Shown here: one piece after another, positions 31,068 through 41,670 of the stretch | How positions within the stretch are numbered: position 1 is the first letter of the stretch | Layout: every line of letters begins with the position of its first letter | Origin: Nitrososphaeria archaeon | GTDB taxonomy: Archaea > Thermoproteota > Nitrososphaeria > JACIWG01 | Direction: 5' to 3' | NCBI GenBank assembly: GCA_050011875.1 | Contig: JBEKIG010000011.1 | Location: forward strand, 32,001 to 96,000 | DNA: 64,000 nt | Program-made: the position numbers and the translations under genes | Notes under the pieces: model-generated | What the model saw: only the letters and a program-made list of their open reading frames with translations | Told to the model about the DNA's origin: nothing | Database searches by the model: none

Positions 31068-31976
31068 TTATATTTTGTTTGCCGAACCTTTGATATGATA
31101 CACATCACATATTATTTCCCTAATCTTCTCTGAAACCTGACTTCTAGCGTTCTCAATATTGTCAGGATGAGTTTTAATAGCCCTCTCGTAGGTCTGCCTA
31201 ATATCTGTGCCGATATTTATCTTGGTTATACCATTTTTTATAGCTTCAAGGACGTATTCGGTTTTTATTCCAGACCCCCCATGTAGCACGAGAGGGACCT
31301 TGGTCTTCTGGCTTAACTTTTTTAGGTGGTCGATGTTCAATCTTGCCTGAACTTTGTCCTTGTCCTTTGCTGCGCCGCTTATGGCTCCATGAATGTTGCC
31401 GATTGCTACCGACAGCCAATCTATCTCTGTTTCATTCACGAATCGAACTGCCTCATCTATGCTAGTAAATCCTATTCCCTTTGCGTAAATTTCGTCGTAG
31501 GACATCGAAAGCTGTTTTTCATGTCCCATTACGGCACCGAGTTCAGCTTCAGCCGGCTTGTTCGCGTTATGTGCCATAACAGCCACCTGTCTAGCAACAT
31601 TAAGATTTTCGTTAAATGACAGACGTGAACCATCTATCATTACAGAATCGTACCCTGCATCTATTCCTTTCTGAATCAGACTCTTCCAGTCAACTTTTGC
31701 TCCATCTTCATCTATCACTGGGATGTGGTCCTGGTGCAGTCTAGTAAATTTTGTATTCTTATAGATGCTATATTCTTTCGCCACTGCTTCAAAGCTTTTA
31801 GCCTGAAATTTTTCAACTTCAAGTCTTGCTACTTCAACTAGACCGAAGGTCTGGTACTTTACTAAGGTTTCAACTATCGGCTTAACCATTGGAAGGTAGG
31901 CTACATTAAACGCCGGAACAAGTATTTTCTTGTCGTAGGCTCTTTTCATTATTTCGGAAACATTAAGATATTCCAT
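31068..31976 (-). CDS. Class II fructose/tagatose-bisphosphate aldolase family protein
   Basis: PAFN, HQDH, SVMIDGS, EAELG, GNIHG, VLHGGSG, KINIGT. Confidence 0.9.
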   Translation of the reverse strand: MEYLNVSEIMKRAYDKKILVPAFNVAYLPMVKPIVETLVKYQTFGLVEVARLEVEKFQAKSFEAVAKEYSIYKNTKFTRLHQDHIPVIDEDGAKVDWKSLIQKGIDAGYDSVMIDGSRLSFNENLNVARQVAVMAHNANKPAEAELGAVMGHEKQLSMSYDEIYAKGIGFTSIDEAVRFVNETEIDWLSVAIGNIHGAISGAAKDKDKVQARLNIDHLKKLSQKTKVPLVLHGGSGIKTEYVLEAIKNGITKINIGTDIRQTYERAIKTHPDNIENARSQVSEKIREIICDVYHIKGSANKI

Positions 31977-32064
31977 AATATATTCATCAAATATCCGGGC
32001 AGCTAGGATATTAGTTTAACTCAAAAATGATAACCAATTTCTTGAATCATTCAGATATGATAGT

Positions 32065-33243
32065 TTATTTTTTCAATTCTTTTACAGCTCTTTCAATTCT
32101 CGTCAAAGCCTTTGTAAGGATTGATTTTGGGCACGCGATATTCATTCTCTGAAAACCTTCTCCTCCAGGGCCGAATATTTGCCCATCATCTAAACCAACC
32201 TTCGCATTCTTAATCATAAAATCATTCAGTGCTCTCGTATTCATTTTCAAATTTTTGCAATCGAGCCACACAAGATAAGTTCCTTCCAGTTTGACTGGCC
32301 TTATTTCTGGAACCCTTTCCTTAAGATATTCTGTTAGATAATCAACGTTACCTTGTATGTATTCTAGCAGTTGTTCAAGCCACTCTTCACCATACATATA
32401 GGCTGCTTCAGATGCAACAACTCCGAACGCATTAGCAAATCCTAGGCCAACGTTCTCCACGGCCATTTTAAACTGTGAGAGAAATTTTGGATTCGATGCT
32501 ATTACAGTCGAATTAGCCAGCCCCGCCAGATTAAAAGTTTTGCTTGGAGCCTCAAAGGTTAGAGTGATGTCAGCTACATCACTAGAAGTGCTCGCTGTTG
32601 GAATATGTTTGTAGCCCTTTAAAATAAGATCGGAGTGTATCTCATCAGAAACAATTATAACGTTATTCTCGAGACAAAGTTTACCAAGTTTGGCAAGTTC
32701 TTCTCGTGCCCACACTCTACCAACCGGGTTATGAGGACTGCATAAAATAAGCATCTTCACCCTCTCATCGAACCTATCTTTAAGATCGTCAAAGTCCATC
32801 TCATATTTCCCATTTTCGTACTTAAGTTCATTTATGACAATTTGACGACCATTGTTCCTTATGGCCTTAAAGAATGGGTGGTACACCGGAGGTTGTATAA
32901 TGATTTTATCACCTGGATGAGTAAATGCTTGGATTGCTAGGTTGACAGAAGGTACAACACCAGGTGAATACTCAATCCATTCAGGTTTAATTTTCCACTG
33001 ATGTCTTTTCTCCATCCAGTCTACGATGCCGTTATAGAATGAGGGAGATCTTATCGTATAGCCGTAGATTCCGTGCTCAGCACGCTTCTTTAACGCGTCG
33101 ACGACAGGCGCAGGCGAAAGAAAGTCCATGTCAGCGACCCACATCGGTATAATATCTTTTGTACCAAACCTCAACTCTAAGCAGTCCCATTTATAGGAAT
33201 CCGTCCCCTCTCTCTTAATGTAACGGCTAAAGTCGTATTTCAT
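32065..33243 (-). CDS. MalY/PatB family PLP-dependent C-S lyase
   Basis: KWD, PMWVADMDF, CSPHNPVGR, SDEIH, PSKTFNLAG. Start placed at ATG 33243 (MKYDF). Confidence 0.92.
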   Translation of the reverse strand: MKYDFSRYIKREGTDSYKWDCLELRFGTKDIIPMWVADMDFLSPAPVVDALKKRAEHGIYGYTIRSPSFYNGIVDWMEKRHQWKIKPEWIEYSPGVVPSVNLAIQAFTHPGDKIIIQPPVYHPFFKAIRNNGRQIVINELKYENGKYEMDFDDLKDRFDERVKMLILCSPHNPVGRVWAREELAKLGKLCLENNVIIVSDEIHSDLILKGYKHIPTASTSSDVADITLTFEAPSKTFNLAGLANSTVIASNPKFLSQFKMAVENVGLGFANAFGVVASEAAYMYGEEWLEQLLEYIQGNVDYLTEYLKERVPEIRPVKLEGTYLVWLDCKNLKMNTRALNDFMIKNAKVGLDDGQIFGPGGEGFQRMNIACPKSILTKALTRIERAVKELKK

Positions 33244-33397
33244 ATAGGGAACTGCCTTTTGCTTCCAATAATTAAAGTTTTTATTCTCACAGCTGTTTTT
33301 CATAGCTTCGATTAAATAATTTAATATTATATCATTATCAACGATTTTAATCTGCAAAAGATTAAAAAAAACACATTTAAAGAAATCATTATAAATT

Positions 33398-33925
33398 ATG
33401 GAGTATTATCATAGTTTGGTTAATATGACAGCTCTAAAAGTTGAGAAAAAGAAGCGTCTTCCACGCAGTTTTCTGAAAGCGGGTGTTAAAGCACCAGACT
33501 TCAGTCTAAAGAGCACTTCCGACAAAAACGTTAGCCTGAAAGATTATCGTGGACGCATGTTGATTCTGCTTTTCTATCCAGCTGATTTTAGCCCAGTATG
33601 CAGTGATGAACTGCCACTGTATAGCGAGCTCATACCCGAATTTCGTCGATTTAATGCGGAAGTGGCGGCGATATCTGTTGATAATACATGGAGCCATCTC
33701 GCCTTTGCACGTGACAGAAACCTATCCTTCCCTCTGCTTTCCGACTTTGAGCCCAAAGGTAAAGTATCTGGAGAATACGGTGTATACCAGAAAGAAAGTG
33801 GCCACAGCGGACGAGCAATATTTGTGATCGACGGCGAGGGGATAATAAGATGGAGTTATGCAGTGCCAAATAACGTCAATCCGGGTGCTGACGGCGTGTT
33901 GAAGTTTCTAGAGGAAATAGAATAG
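33398..33925 (+). CDS. Peroxiredoxin (AhpC/TSA, 1-Cys AhpE-like)
   Basis: APDFSL, FYPADFSPVC, ISVD, LLSDF, RAIFVID. Confidence 0.9.
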   Translation: MEYYHSLVNMTALKVEKKKRLPRSFLKAGVKAPDFSLKSTSDKNVSLKDYRGRMLILLFYPADFSPVCSDELPLYSELIPEFRRFNAEVAAISVDNTWSHLAFARDRNLSFPLLSDFEPKGKVSGEYGVYQKESGHSGRAIFVIDGEGIIRWSYAVPNNVNPGADGVLKFLEEIE

Positions 33926-33947
33926 GTTAGAAGGTAGGTTCTGACTT

Positions 33948-34499
33948 ATGGATGTAAAAACCACCAAGCTTACAATACCTGTCGGAGAACGTGACCATGT
34001 AAATGGACCACCGAACGCTCCTATAACACTGGTGGAATATGGTGACTTCGAATGCCCGCACTGTGGGAGGACTTACCCCATAGTTAAGCGGTTGCAGGAG
34101 CATCTGGACGGGAAGCTGAGGTTCGTATTCCGTCACTTACCGATCTCAACTGTACATTCCCACGCTAAGAAAGCGGCTGAAGCAGCTGAAGCAGCCGGCT
34201 CTCAGGGAAAATTTTGGGAAATGCACGATCAGCTCTTTGAACACCAAGATACGCTTGATGATGAAAACCTGAGACGATATGCTATAGCTGTAGGCCTTGA
34301 TATCAAAAGATTCGATCAGGAGATGAAGTCCAATCTTTACGCGCCAAAAGTGCATGAAGATTTCATCAATGGCGTGAAGAGTGGTGTGAACGGCACTCCT
34401 ACATTCTTCATAAACGGGCTAAGGTATAACGGTCCTCCATCCTTTGAAGCTCTTCTGGAAGCAATAATGAAAGAAATTGGCACAGAAGAGAAAAAATAA
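33948..34499 (+). CDS. DsbA/Thioredoxin_4 family protein
   Basis: EYGDFECPHC, AAEAA..QGKFWEMHD, GVNGTPTFFING. Confidence 0.92.
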   Translation: MDVKTTKLTIPVGERDHVNGPPNAPITLVEYGDFECPHCGRTYPIVKRLQEHLDGKLRFVFRHLPISTVHSHAKKAAEAAEAAGSQGKFWEMHDQLFEHQDTLDDENLRRYAIAVGLDIKRFDQEMKSNLYAPKVHEDFINGVKSGVNGTPTFFINGLRYNGPPSFEALLEAIMKEIGTEEKK

Positions 34500-34511
34500 T
34501 GCTTAGATGTT

Positions 34512-34754
34512 CTAATCGACTTTTTCGACCGTTATCGCTTGTACCGGACAGACGTCAGCTCCTTCCTTAGCGCACTGGTAGAGTTCGTCGGGTACGACCC
34601 CTGTCGATAGATCCTCGGTCATTTCCTTTGAGTACTGTTCTATAACCCTATTTTTACCATTATCGTCCGCTAGGTAGAAGAGTTGTGGACATGCTACTGT
34701 AGCTGCCCCACAGGCGATGCATAGATTTCTATCTATAGTTATCTTATATGGCAT
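34512..34754 (-). CDS. Single-cluster ferredoxin (80 aa; start ATG 34754)
   Basis: MPYKITIDRNLCIACGAATVACPQLF...CAKEGADVCPVQAI. Confidence 0.88.
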   Translation of the reverse strand: MPYKITIDRNLCIACGAATVACPQLFYLADDNGKNRVIEQYSKEMTEDLSTGVVPDELYQCAKEGADVCPVQAITVEKVD

Positions 34755-34962
34755 GAATAAAAAGAAAACATCCTCGTTAATATATTTTATCTTGTTTTTT
34801 TGATGACAATCATCTAGGACAATTATAGTTGTATATGAATCTGAATAAATGCCCTTCATCTTATATGCTGACCCATAAATCAGCTTTACCGTATTGACAA
34901 TAATCTTAGCATAACTGGCAGTGGTTGAGCAGGTTGGTCCCAAGCTTTGCAGGATAGCTCAA

Positions 34963-35781
34963 TCAAGCTTTCTGAGCCAACCTCCATACAGCCATTTGTT
35001 CCACCCTTCTGTATTGAATCTTCCTTTCCGTATCCAATGATGAGCGCACTTTTTCTATTATCTTTTAGAGTACTTCATCTGGAATGTCAAGGCTATATCT
35101 GAAAGCACGCTTCTCGAAAAAAGACAATCTTTCGTCAATGGTCGTCTCAATCAGCTCGTCCTGAATTGTGATAAGCTCAGTTGGCGGGACAGCTGCCAAA
35201 AACTCGCTCTCTTTTCTGCGCCATTCACCTGCACGCCTCGGTAAAGCGTACCCCATCTCCGCCGAGACATGTTCAAAGATCTGCCTCATCACACTGTTAC
35301 CGCTGCTGTCGTTTGCGAGTGCGTCATCGCGCTTGCTGACCAGAGCGACTACCTCCTTCTTTACAACACCAACAATCTTCCCGAAAACCTCTGCAGGGTT
35401 CTCAAATATTTGAAGCACATGAGCCAAAAAAGCCGTATCAAATGACTTCTCTTTTATTGGCAAATAATTCGCATCTGCCAGAATAAGTTCCATGACTCCC
35501 TTCTCCTTCGCCTTCAGAAGCATATCTTTTGAGACGTCCAGCCCTACAATCTCAAAGCCCCTATCCTGAAGTGGCTTGGCAACGCGGCCGGTGCCCACGC
35601 CTACCTCTATGAGGCTGCTACAACCGTCTCTCAGGAGGATATTTTTGATCGTGTTCAAAGCTACTTCCTTTAGCGGTTCTCTCGTCTCGTCATAGACCTG
35701 CGATATTTTATCAAACTGCGTAGCAGTGTTAACGGTTTGACTCATAAAATCGGTTTCTTTTTCAGATTTAGGGGTCTCCAT
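34963..35781 (-). pseudogene. Class I SAM-dependent methyltransferase with probable premature TAA at 35065-35067
   Basis: EVGVGTG, GLDVS..ML, ADANYLP..SFD. The frame continues past TAA as KIIEKVRSSLDTERKIQYRRVEQMAVWRLAQKA*, resembling the terminal beta strand. Confidence 0.7.
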
Positions 35782-35943
35782 ATATGTTCATAAGATATCT
35801 TAGTGGGACAGACTTAAAAAGATAGACGGAGACTACTTCGAGCCTCTGGAATTCCACTTTAGCAACGACTGGCGACGCGCTATTCAAAATTATTACAGGT
35901 ACTTTCAAAGAAGAAAGATTACAGTCCTCAGCAGCCGTCTTAT

Positions 35944-36108
35944 ATGATTGATGGTTTCATTCAACTACCTTCTGCAACTTGGAGGAGACCAACCGTAGAA
36001 GAGGTTATCGAAGCGGCACAAGCAGCTAGAAAACATTTAAAGAACGTCCAGTACATTCACAGTCAAACTAGGCCTAGAGGCGAAGTCTTTAAAATCTATC
36101 AAGTTTGA
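35944..36108 (+). pseudogene. C-terminal remnant of a radical SAM (PFL-activase-like) gene
   Basis: Manual translation MIDGFIQLPSATWRRPTVEEVIEAAQAARKHLKNVQYIHS...; no CxxxCxxC upstream. Confidence 0.5.
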
Positions 36109-36180
36109 ATCACCTTTGAAAGAGACATTTAAACTTGGCTCTTAGATATCCTAACATATAGGATTAAACTAAATATATCG

Positions 36181-37179
36181 GTGAGAAGTGTGGGAGATAA
36201 ACATTTCACTTACGTTACGGACAACCTTGAAGAAGTTTGTTCCAAACTTCGATTTTTGTTAGAGAATGCTGTAAAGAAGGATTTGGCAGAAGGAATTCTT
36301 CTGTCCGGAGGGTTAGACACGAGTATTCTTGCAGTCATAGCATCAAAGTTCATTCCTTTGAAAGCCGTTACCGTTGCCTTTCAAAATGCACCAGCACCAG
36401 ATGTTGAATACGCGACCTTAATAGCTAATAAATTAGGACTTAAACATAACATTCACATCTTTAACGTAGATGAATTATATGATGCCATTCCAATTGTTGT
36501 AAAGTCGTTAAGGTCCTTCGATCCGATGGAAATACGTAACAGCATAACAATCTACGTCGGCTTGAGGGTGGCGAAAGAAGAGGGAATATCTACGGTTATG
36601 ACAGGAGATGGATGTGATGAGCTCTTAGCTGGATACAGCTTTCTTTTCGGTCTGGAGAAAGAGAAACTTGATTTAGAATTAGAAAAATTGTGGAGTGTGA
36701 TGTCTTTCTCATCCGTCCCGCTTGCAAAAGTTCTTGGGATGGAGGCGAAGCTTCCCTATCTTGATCCCGACTTCAAAAATTTGGCCATAAAAATGGATTC
36801 ACGATATAAGATTGGAGCAAAGAGTGGGCAGGTTTATGGCAAGTGGATTTTGCGTAAAGCATTCGAAGGGTTCTTGCCAAAAAAAATCGTGTGGAGAATC
36901 AAAACTCCAATAGAGTACGGTTCTGGAACAACCATGCTCACAAACTTCTTCAATCAGAAAATTTCTGATTTAGAGTTTGAGAGTAAGAGAAAAAAGTATC
37001 TTACCGAGGATGGGGTAACGATTCGTGATAAGGAACAACTTTTCTACTATGAGGCCTATAAGTCAGTAGCAGGTATACCACACACAACCAGTGTAGAAGG
37101 AAAGATATGTCCCCAATGCCACTCTAATATTCCTGAAAAAGCCACCTACTGCCGGACATGCGGGGCATACCCCATATAG
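36181..37179 (+). CDS. Asparagine synthase C-terminal (synthetase)-domain protein with C-terminal zinc ribbon
   Basis: LSGGLDTS PP-loop, TGDGCDEL, PYLD, KWILR, terminal CPQC..CRTC; no Ntn glutaminase domain. Confidence 0.85.
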   Translation: MRSVGDKHFTYVTDNLEEVCSKLRFLLENAVKKDLAEGILLSGGLDTSILAVIASKFIPLKAVTVAFQNAPAPDVEYATLIANKLGLKHNIHIFNVDELYDAIPIVVKSLRSFDPMEIRNSITIYVGLRVAKEEGISTVMTGDGCDELLAGYSFLFGLEKEKLDLELEKLWSVMSFSSVPLAKVLGMEAKLPYLDPDFKNLAIKMDSRYKIGAKSGQVYGKWILRKAFEGFLPKKIVWRIKTPIEYGSGTTMLTNFFNQKISDLEFESKRKKYLTEDGVTIRDKEQLFYYEAYKSVAGIPHTTSVEGKICPQCHSNIPEKATYCRTCGAYPI

Positions 37180-37836
37180 AGAAAGTTGTTCGACCTTCTC
37201 CTGCCCTATATAATCTTGCAGGTCTTTATGATTATATTAGTATTCATTTAATAAATGCTTTAAGTACGAGAATTCTTCCATTCTTATAGGGTCAATAACG
37301 CCTTTGGCATTAGGCCATCACTTTTCAGACGGACTATATGATACTATATCTAATCGTTTTGTTAACTATATCTTTTTATTATATACTTATTTATGCTCTA
37401 AAACACATGAAACGATTTTTAAAGCCTTCTAAAATACTCTATAGGATATTTACCTATCACAGTTAAAACAGTATTCTATCAAGGCACCTTATTCGATTAA
37501 AAAAGGGTGGTCTTCTAATTGGAATTTCTTTAATTCATATAGGAAAATAGCACACATGAAGGAAGTTATTAGCAGGGTTTCTATTAGACTAGGCTCCATT
37601 AAATTAATTTTATCGACTATTAAGCTATTTAGAAATAGACTATAATAAAGTCAAAGTAAAAATGAGTAGGTCTATATTTGATTTAAGGGAAAATCAACTA
37701 GCCACTTTACCCTACAGTAAATTAAAATAAAAAAAGAAAGGTCATAAAATATCAAATGAAGTATCTTTTAGCGATTTTGTTAAAGAAAATAGGCGTAGAC
37801 GTATAATTACGTAAACGCATAATTGCATTTATATTT

Positions 37837-39141
37837 ATGTTTAAATTTACATTAAGTATGGACGTAGAGAAACTTACGTGCTTTATTCCTGTTGGCGGTC
37901 AGGCTAAAAGATTAATGCCTCTGACACATGATGTATCAAAGCCCTGTGTCAGGTTCTTGAATAGGCCTTTAATTGAATTCTCGATAGCAACGTTAGCTGA
38001 GCAGGGTGTGAGGGGCTTTATTTTCGGGGAGTATGGCTATACCAACTATTCGAACCTTTTCGATCAGTATGGAGAAGGAGTAGGGTTCTCAGCAAAGTAT
38101 AAGATCGAGCCGAGGGTACACATCAGACACCAACCAAACCTAGACGACTTGGGAAACGCCGATTCTTTTAGGCTGAACATGGGATATTATAATATTCGTA
38201 ATCCAGTTATTGTCGTACAGGGGGATAATCTTTTCAACATCGATCTAAATGACTTGATTAAAAAACATGAAGAAAGGAAGGCATTGATGACCATTGCCCT
38301 AACGAAGGTGGGAAAGACTGAAGAATACGGTATAGCTGATGTAGACAAAGATCTGAAGATTAAGAATTTTATCGAAAAACCTCAAGCTGGAAGAGCACCA
38401 GGCAACTTTGCAAACGCAGGCATCTATCTGCTTTCATCAGAGATCAGAAAGATAGTTGAAGGTGAAGAAGTAAAAAAGATTAAGGATGAGAGAGGAAGGC
38501 TCGATTTCGGTTTTGACTTGATTCCTTACATGATTGATAAAGGTTTTCCAGTCTACGGATATGAACTGAAAGTATGGTATGATGTGGGAAGCCCAGAAAA
38601 GTATCTAGAAGCTATGCATGACATCCTTTATGGAAAGTTGAACATTAGAGTCTCAGAAGAAAAGCTACTGCCTAAAAGAAACGTCTGGGTACAGGGATAC
38701 AGCGAAGAATCCGTTGAAAGACGGAACCAAATAATTAGAAAATATAATGGAAACAAATTGTCAATAGAAGGGGCTGCCCTTATAGGCAGACATACTGAAA
38801 TAGGTGATTATTCTAGAATTTCTGATTCAAATATTGACAATTTCTGCACACTTGGTGAACATGTTGATGTAGAGAGAGCGGCGATCTTGGACGCTGTGAG
38901 GATTGGAGATTATGCACGTGTATCAGACAGCATTGTAGGCAGGAAAGTAATTATAGAATCAACCAGTGAAAACCCAACATATATTGAATCAAATTCAGTT
39001 ATAGGCAACACTGTCCGTATTAGGAAGGGCTGTAAACTTATAGGAACCAAAGTGAACCCTGGTTTAATAATTCCACCCCGCATGACATACGTCAATAATT
39101 TCCTGCAGGACTACCAAGACATCGCTAAATTAGCGTCTTAA
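37837..39141 (+). CDS. NDP-sugar synthase (sugar-1-phosphate nucleotidyltransferase with left-handed beta-helix tail)
   Basis: IPVGGQAKRLMPLT..SKP, VQGDN, FIEKP, NAGIY, WYDVG, hexapeptide repeats. Confidence 0.9.
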   Translation: MFKFTLSMDVEKLTCFIPVGGQAKRLMPLTHDVSKPCVRFLNRPLIEFSIATLAEQGVRGFIFGEYGYTNYSNLFDQYGEGVGFSAKYKIEPRVHIRHQPNLDDLGNADSFRLNMGYYNIRNPVIVVQGDNLFNIDLNDLIKKHEERKALMTIALTKVGKTEEYGIADVDKDLKIKNFIEKPQAGRAPGNFANAGIYLLSSEIRKIVEGEEVKKIKDERGRLDFGFDLIPYMIDKGFPVYGYELKVWYDVGSPEKYLEAMHDILYGKLNIRVSEEKLLPKRNVWVQGYSEESVERRNQIIRKYNGNKLSIEGAALIGRHTEIGDYSRISDSNIDNFCTLGEHVDVERAAILDAVRIGDYARVSDSIVGRKVIIESTSENPTYIESNSVIGNTVRIRKGCKLIGTKVNPGLIIPPRMTYVNNFLQDYQDIAKLAS

Positions 39142-39413
39142 ACTGGAAGTCTACTGTGGATAATCCGAGGAATGCATGTCATTTATCGGACCTGAATGAC
39201 AGGTATTTGTTAGTCGGTATGTGACAGCCTCTATTCTATACGGTCGAACTGGAACCTTTTTGGTTAGGTATTATTGGAATTGTGTTCTATCTGCTAACCG
39301 TCATATCTAGTATAATTAGGAGGACTCCATCAAAACCCTTTTATGTAGTGAATTGAAGATTTCAAATCTAAAATAAGATATCATTAGACTTTTAAAAGTT
39401 CTGTGCAATAAGA

Positions 39414-40010
39414 CTACTTCAGTAGTTTTATTGACATAAAAGTCGTCCAAGCTGAAATTATTAACGCTTCAATTAGTTCAGGAACGGCAAAGCCAACCCT
39501 TGCAGATAGGACGAAAAAAACTATTGGCAGCACGAAGATTGCCATGATTGCCGCTATTCCAGCGACAATGCTTACTTTTCTAGTTAAACCTTGTCTTGTG
39601 CCATAACCTATCAAAATGAAACCTATAGGAGCTAAGATAAAGTAACCTATAGCAAAAGTCGCATGTAGAGCAAGATGGTTTTCTGTAAATATACCAACTA
39701 GAGCTAGACATATACTACTTAGCATTATTGAGACGACTCCTATTTTGATCCGTCTATCCTTATCTAGATATTGACTGATCCCTAGTGCAAACAGGAAATC
39801 TATTGTACCTCCAATCAAAACGGCGCTATTAAAGATGGTTGATTCTTTGCTAATCCCCAAATCACTCAAAGCATTCGTATCCCATCTAAACCAGCCTGAG
39901 ATGAAAGTGGCAGTTAAAATCATAATTAAAGGCAGAACAGAGCTTATAATTCCGAATAACCCTGCAAACTTCATACATATAGACATTTTTCCTTTCGGTT
40001 TTACGCACAC
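39414..40010 (-). CDS. DUF998 family membrane protein (second copy in window)
   Basis: WFRWDTNALSDLG, LVGIFTE..LH, AVPE. Confidence 0.8.
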   Translation of the reverse strand: MCVKPKGKMSICMKFAGLFGIISSVLPLIMILTATFISGWFRWDTNALSDLGISKESTIFNSAVLIGGTIDFLFALGISQYLDKDRRIKIGVVSIMLSSICLALVGIFTENHLALHATFAIGYFILAPIGFILIGYGTRQGLTRKVSIVAGIAAIMAIFVLPIVFFVLSARVGFAVPELIEALIISAWTTFMSIKLLK

Positions 40011-40100
40011 TTTGGCTCCTAGATAAACTGTTTTCCTAATAGCAATATAATCTTTAGTTAATCTTACTACTGATCCTCTTATAGTAGGTGGAAAGTAACC

Positions 40101-40559
40101 CTACGTACCGATACGTAGACTTAATGTCCTAGCAAATTCTTCTGCTTTCTTCAAGTCACTTTCATTTGGTCTCCCTCTACTTATTCCGCCAATAAGTTTC
40201 AATATGCCGTATGTATCAAATCCTCTGCATGAGAATTCGCCTACAATGCGAAAACCCTTCTCCTGCAGACACTTTCTAAGAGCCTTATGCCCATTAGGCA
40301 AAATGAAACTTCCCCTTGTTGAGAAAATAAATACATCCTTCCCAAGATACGGCATCTTCTCAACGAGTTCAAATAGAGTTTTATCATGTCTACCGTAATA
40401 GTTCCCAGAACAAAAGCCTATGAGATCGTATTCTAAAAGAGTGTTTACATCTACTGCGTTTGGTTTTACTAGTTCTCCGTCCAGAATCCTTGTTATAACG
40501 TCAGCAACCTTCTTTGTGTTACCATGGTGGTAAGAACTGCAAATCACTAGAGTCTTCAA
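40101..40559 (-). CDS. Flavodoxin family protein
   Basis: SYHHGNTKKVA FMN loop, EFSCRGFDT, GRPNESDL..A..FA. Confidence 0.88.
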   Translation of the reverse strand: MKTLVICSSYHHGNTKKVADVITRILDGELVKPNAVDVNTLLEYDLIGFCSGNYYGRHDKTLFELVEKMPYLGKDVFIFSTRGSFILPNGHKALRKCLQEKGFRIVGEFSCRGFDTYGILKLIGGISRGRPNESDLKKAEEFARTLSLRIGT

Positions 40560-40629
40560 AGTTACTTTCTACTTACGATAGTTTAATGTAGTCATAGTTA
40601 TATATACATTATAAAGTTGTAAGCGAAAA

Positions 40630-41190
40630 TCAATGTTGTTGTTGTTTGTTTATGACTAAGAGCTCACCCAAATTTTCACCTATCTTCTGGAATTTCTCCT
40701 CTTCTCCCTCTCTTAGATGGGCCGATGCCCTTCTGGCTTCCTTATCACTTTCTTCCCCTTTTGAGGAAGTATAGATAATTCCTGACGAATAAGGCATAAT
40801 TATGTTCAACCCCAATTTCCTCATTTCCTTTTCGATGTATTTCGCAGCGCTTCCAGCAAAGAAACTGTCTTTTCTAGCATCGAATGCAAAGCCATATTTG
40901 TACCTGAGGTTAAAGCTCTCCAAGGTCTTAAGGAATTCCTTCGTTGGCTCAGAAGAGGTTTGGTAATGTGTTGGCGCACCTAGAGCGATCAGATCATATG
41001 ATGCTAGCTCCTGATTCCAAACTTCTCTTATACTGTAGCACATAGTTGCTATTCCATGCTTCCTTATCCCTGCTGCTAACGACTCCGCAATCTTTCGAGT
41101 ATTGCCGTATAGTGACTCATAGATTACGATTACTTTAATTTCAGGAATCTTCTTTTCTTGAGTCAACTTTCGACTTTGTAAAGAATACAA
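40630..41190 (-). CDS. Flavodoxin-domain protein
   Basis: IYESLYGNTRKIA, LGAPT, AFD..GSAA. Confidence 0.85.
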   Translation of the reverse strand: MYSLQSRKLTQEKKIPEIKVIVIYESLYGNTRKIAESLAAGIRKHGIATMCYSIREVWNQELASYDLIALGAPTHYQTSSEPTKEFLKTLESFNLRYKYGFAFDARKDSFFAGSAAKYIEKEMRKLGLNIIMPYSSGIIYTSSKGEESDKEARRASAHLREGEEEKFQKIGENLGELLVINKQQQH

Positions 41191-41346
41191 TTTAGTATTT
41201 AATAATTTCCTTTGTGGTCTTTCTTTAATGTTAGAACGAGTTAACAGAACCCTTTGTGCAATGCTATTTTCTACTTAGTCGTGTTGTATATTTACTATAA
41301 TATACAATGTATGGTTTAATGTCTGCAGGTAACAATGTATATTAGT

Positions 41347-41622
41347 CTATTCCAATCTCTTTATTATGTGCCAGCCAAATTTGGTTTTGACAGGTTGCGA
41401 AATCTGTCCCTTATTTAGAGCGAATGCAGCTACCTCAAACTCTCTAACCATCTGTCCTCTACCAAAGGTTCCTAAATCGCCTCCTCTCTTCTTCGATGGG
41501 CACATTGACTTCTCCGTTGCAAGCTTTGAAAAGCTCGCACCCTTGCTCAACTGCTCAGATACTCCTTTCGCTTCCTGTTCTGTTCTTACCAAAATGTGTG
41601 CGCAGTGCATTCTATCGGCCAT
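41347..41622 (-). CDS. Parvulin-type peptidyl-prolyl isomerase
   Basis: CAHILV, SMCPS..GGDLG, GQMV.EFE, VKTKFGWHII. Confidence 0.95.
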   Translation of the reverse strand: MADRMHCAHILVRTEQEAKGVSEQLSKGASFSKLATEKSMCPSKKRGGDLGTFGRGQMVREFEVAAFALNKGQISQPVKTKFGWHIIKRLE

Positions 41623-41670
41623 GGTTTGATAGTTAGATATTTATCTTATAAATCTTAATTTTGGGCAGAT

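Noticed and set aside
33244-33357. N-terminal extension of the PatB ORF given in the track
   Set aside because: AT-rich promoter-like DNA shared with the divergent peroxiredoxin; homology starts at MKYDF.
34755-34943. N-terminal extension of the ferredoxin ORF given in the track
   Set aside because: The family pattern begins at ATG 34754 after a GAGG RBS-like site; the extension looks non-coding.
25603-35067. In-frame TAA codons inside the flavin reductase and methyltransferase genes as stop-codon recoding
   Set aside because: TAA terminates many intact genes here and the flavin reductase also has a frameshift. Simple nonsense mutations explain both.
37180-37836. 650-bp AT-rich intergenic region as a replication origin or ncRNA
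   Set aside because: No repeated ORB-like boxes, no adjacent cdc6 and no convincing stem structure seen.
39170-39356. Hydrophobic reading-frame fragment LEPFWLGIIGIVFYLLTVISSIIRR
   Set aside because: Possibly a membrane-gene remnant, but it has no start and no recognisable family.
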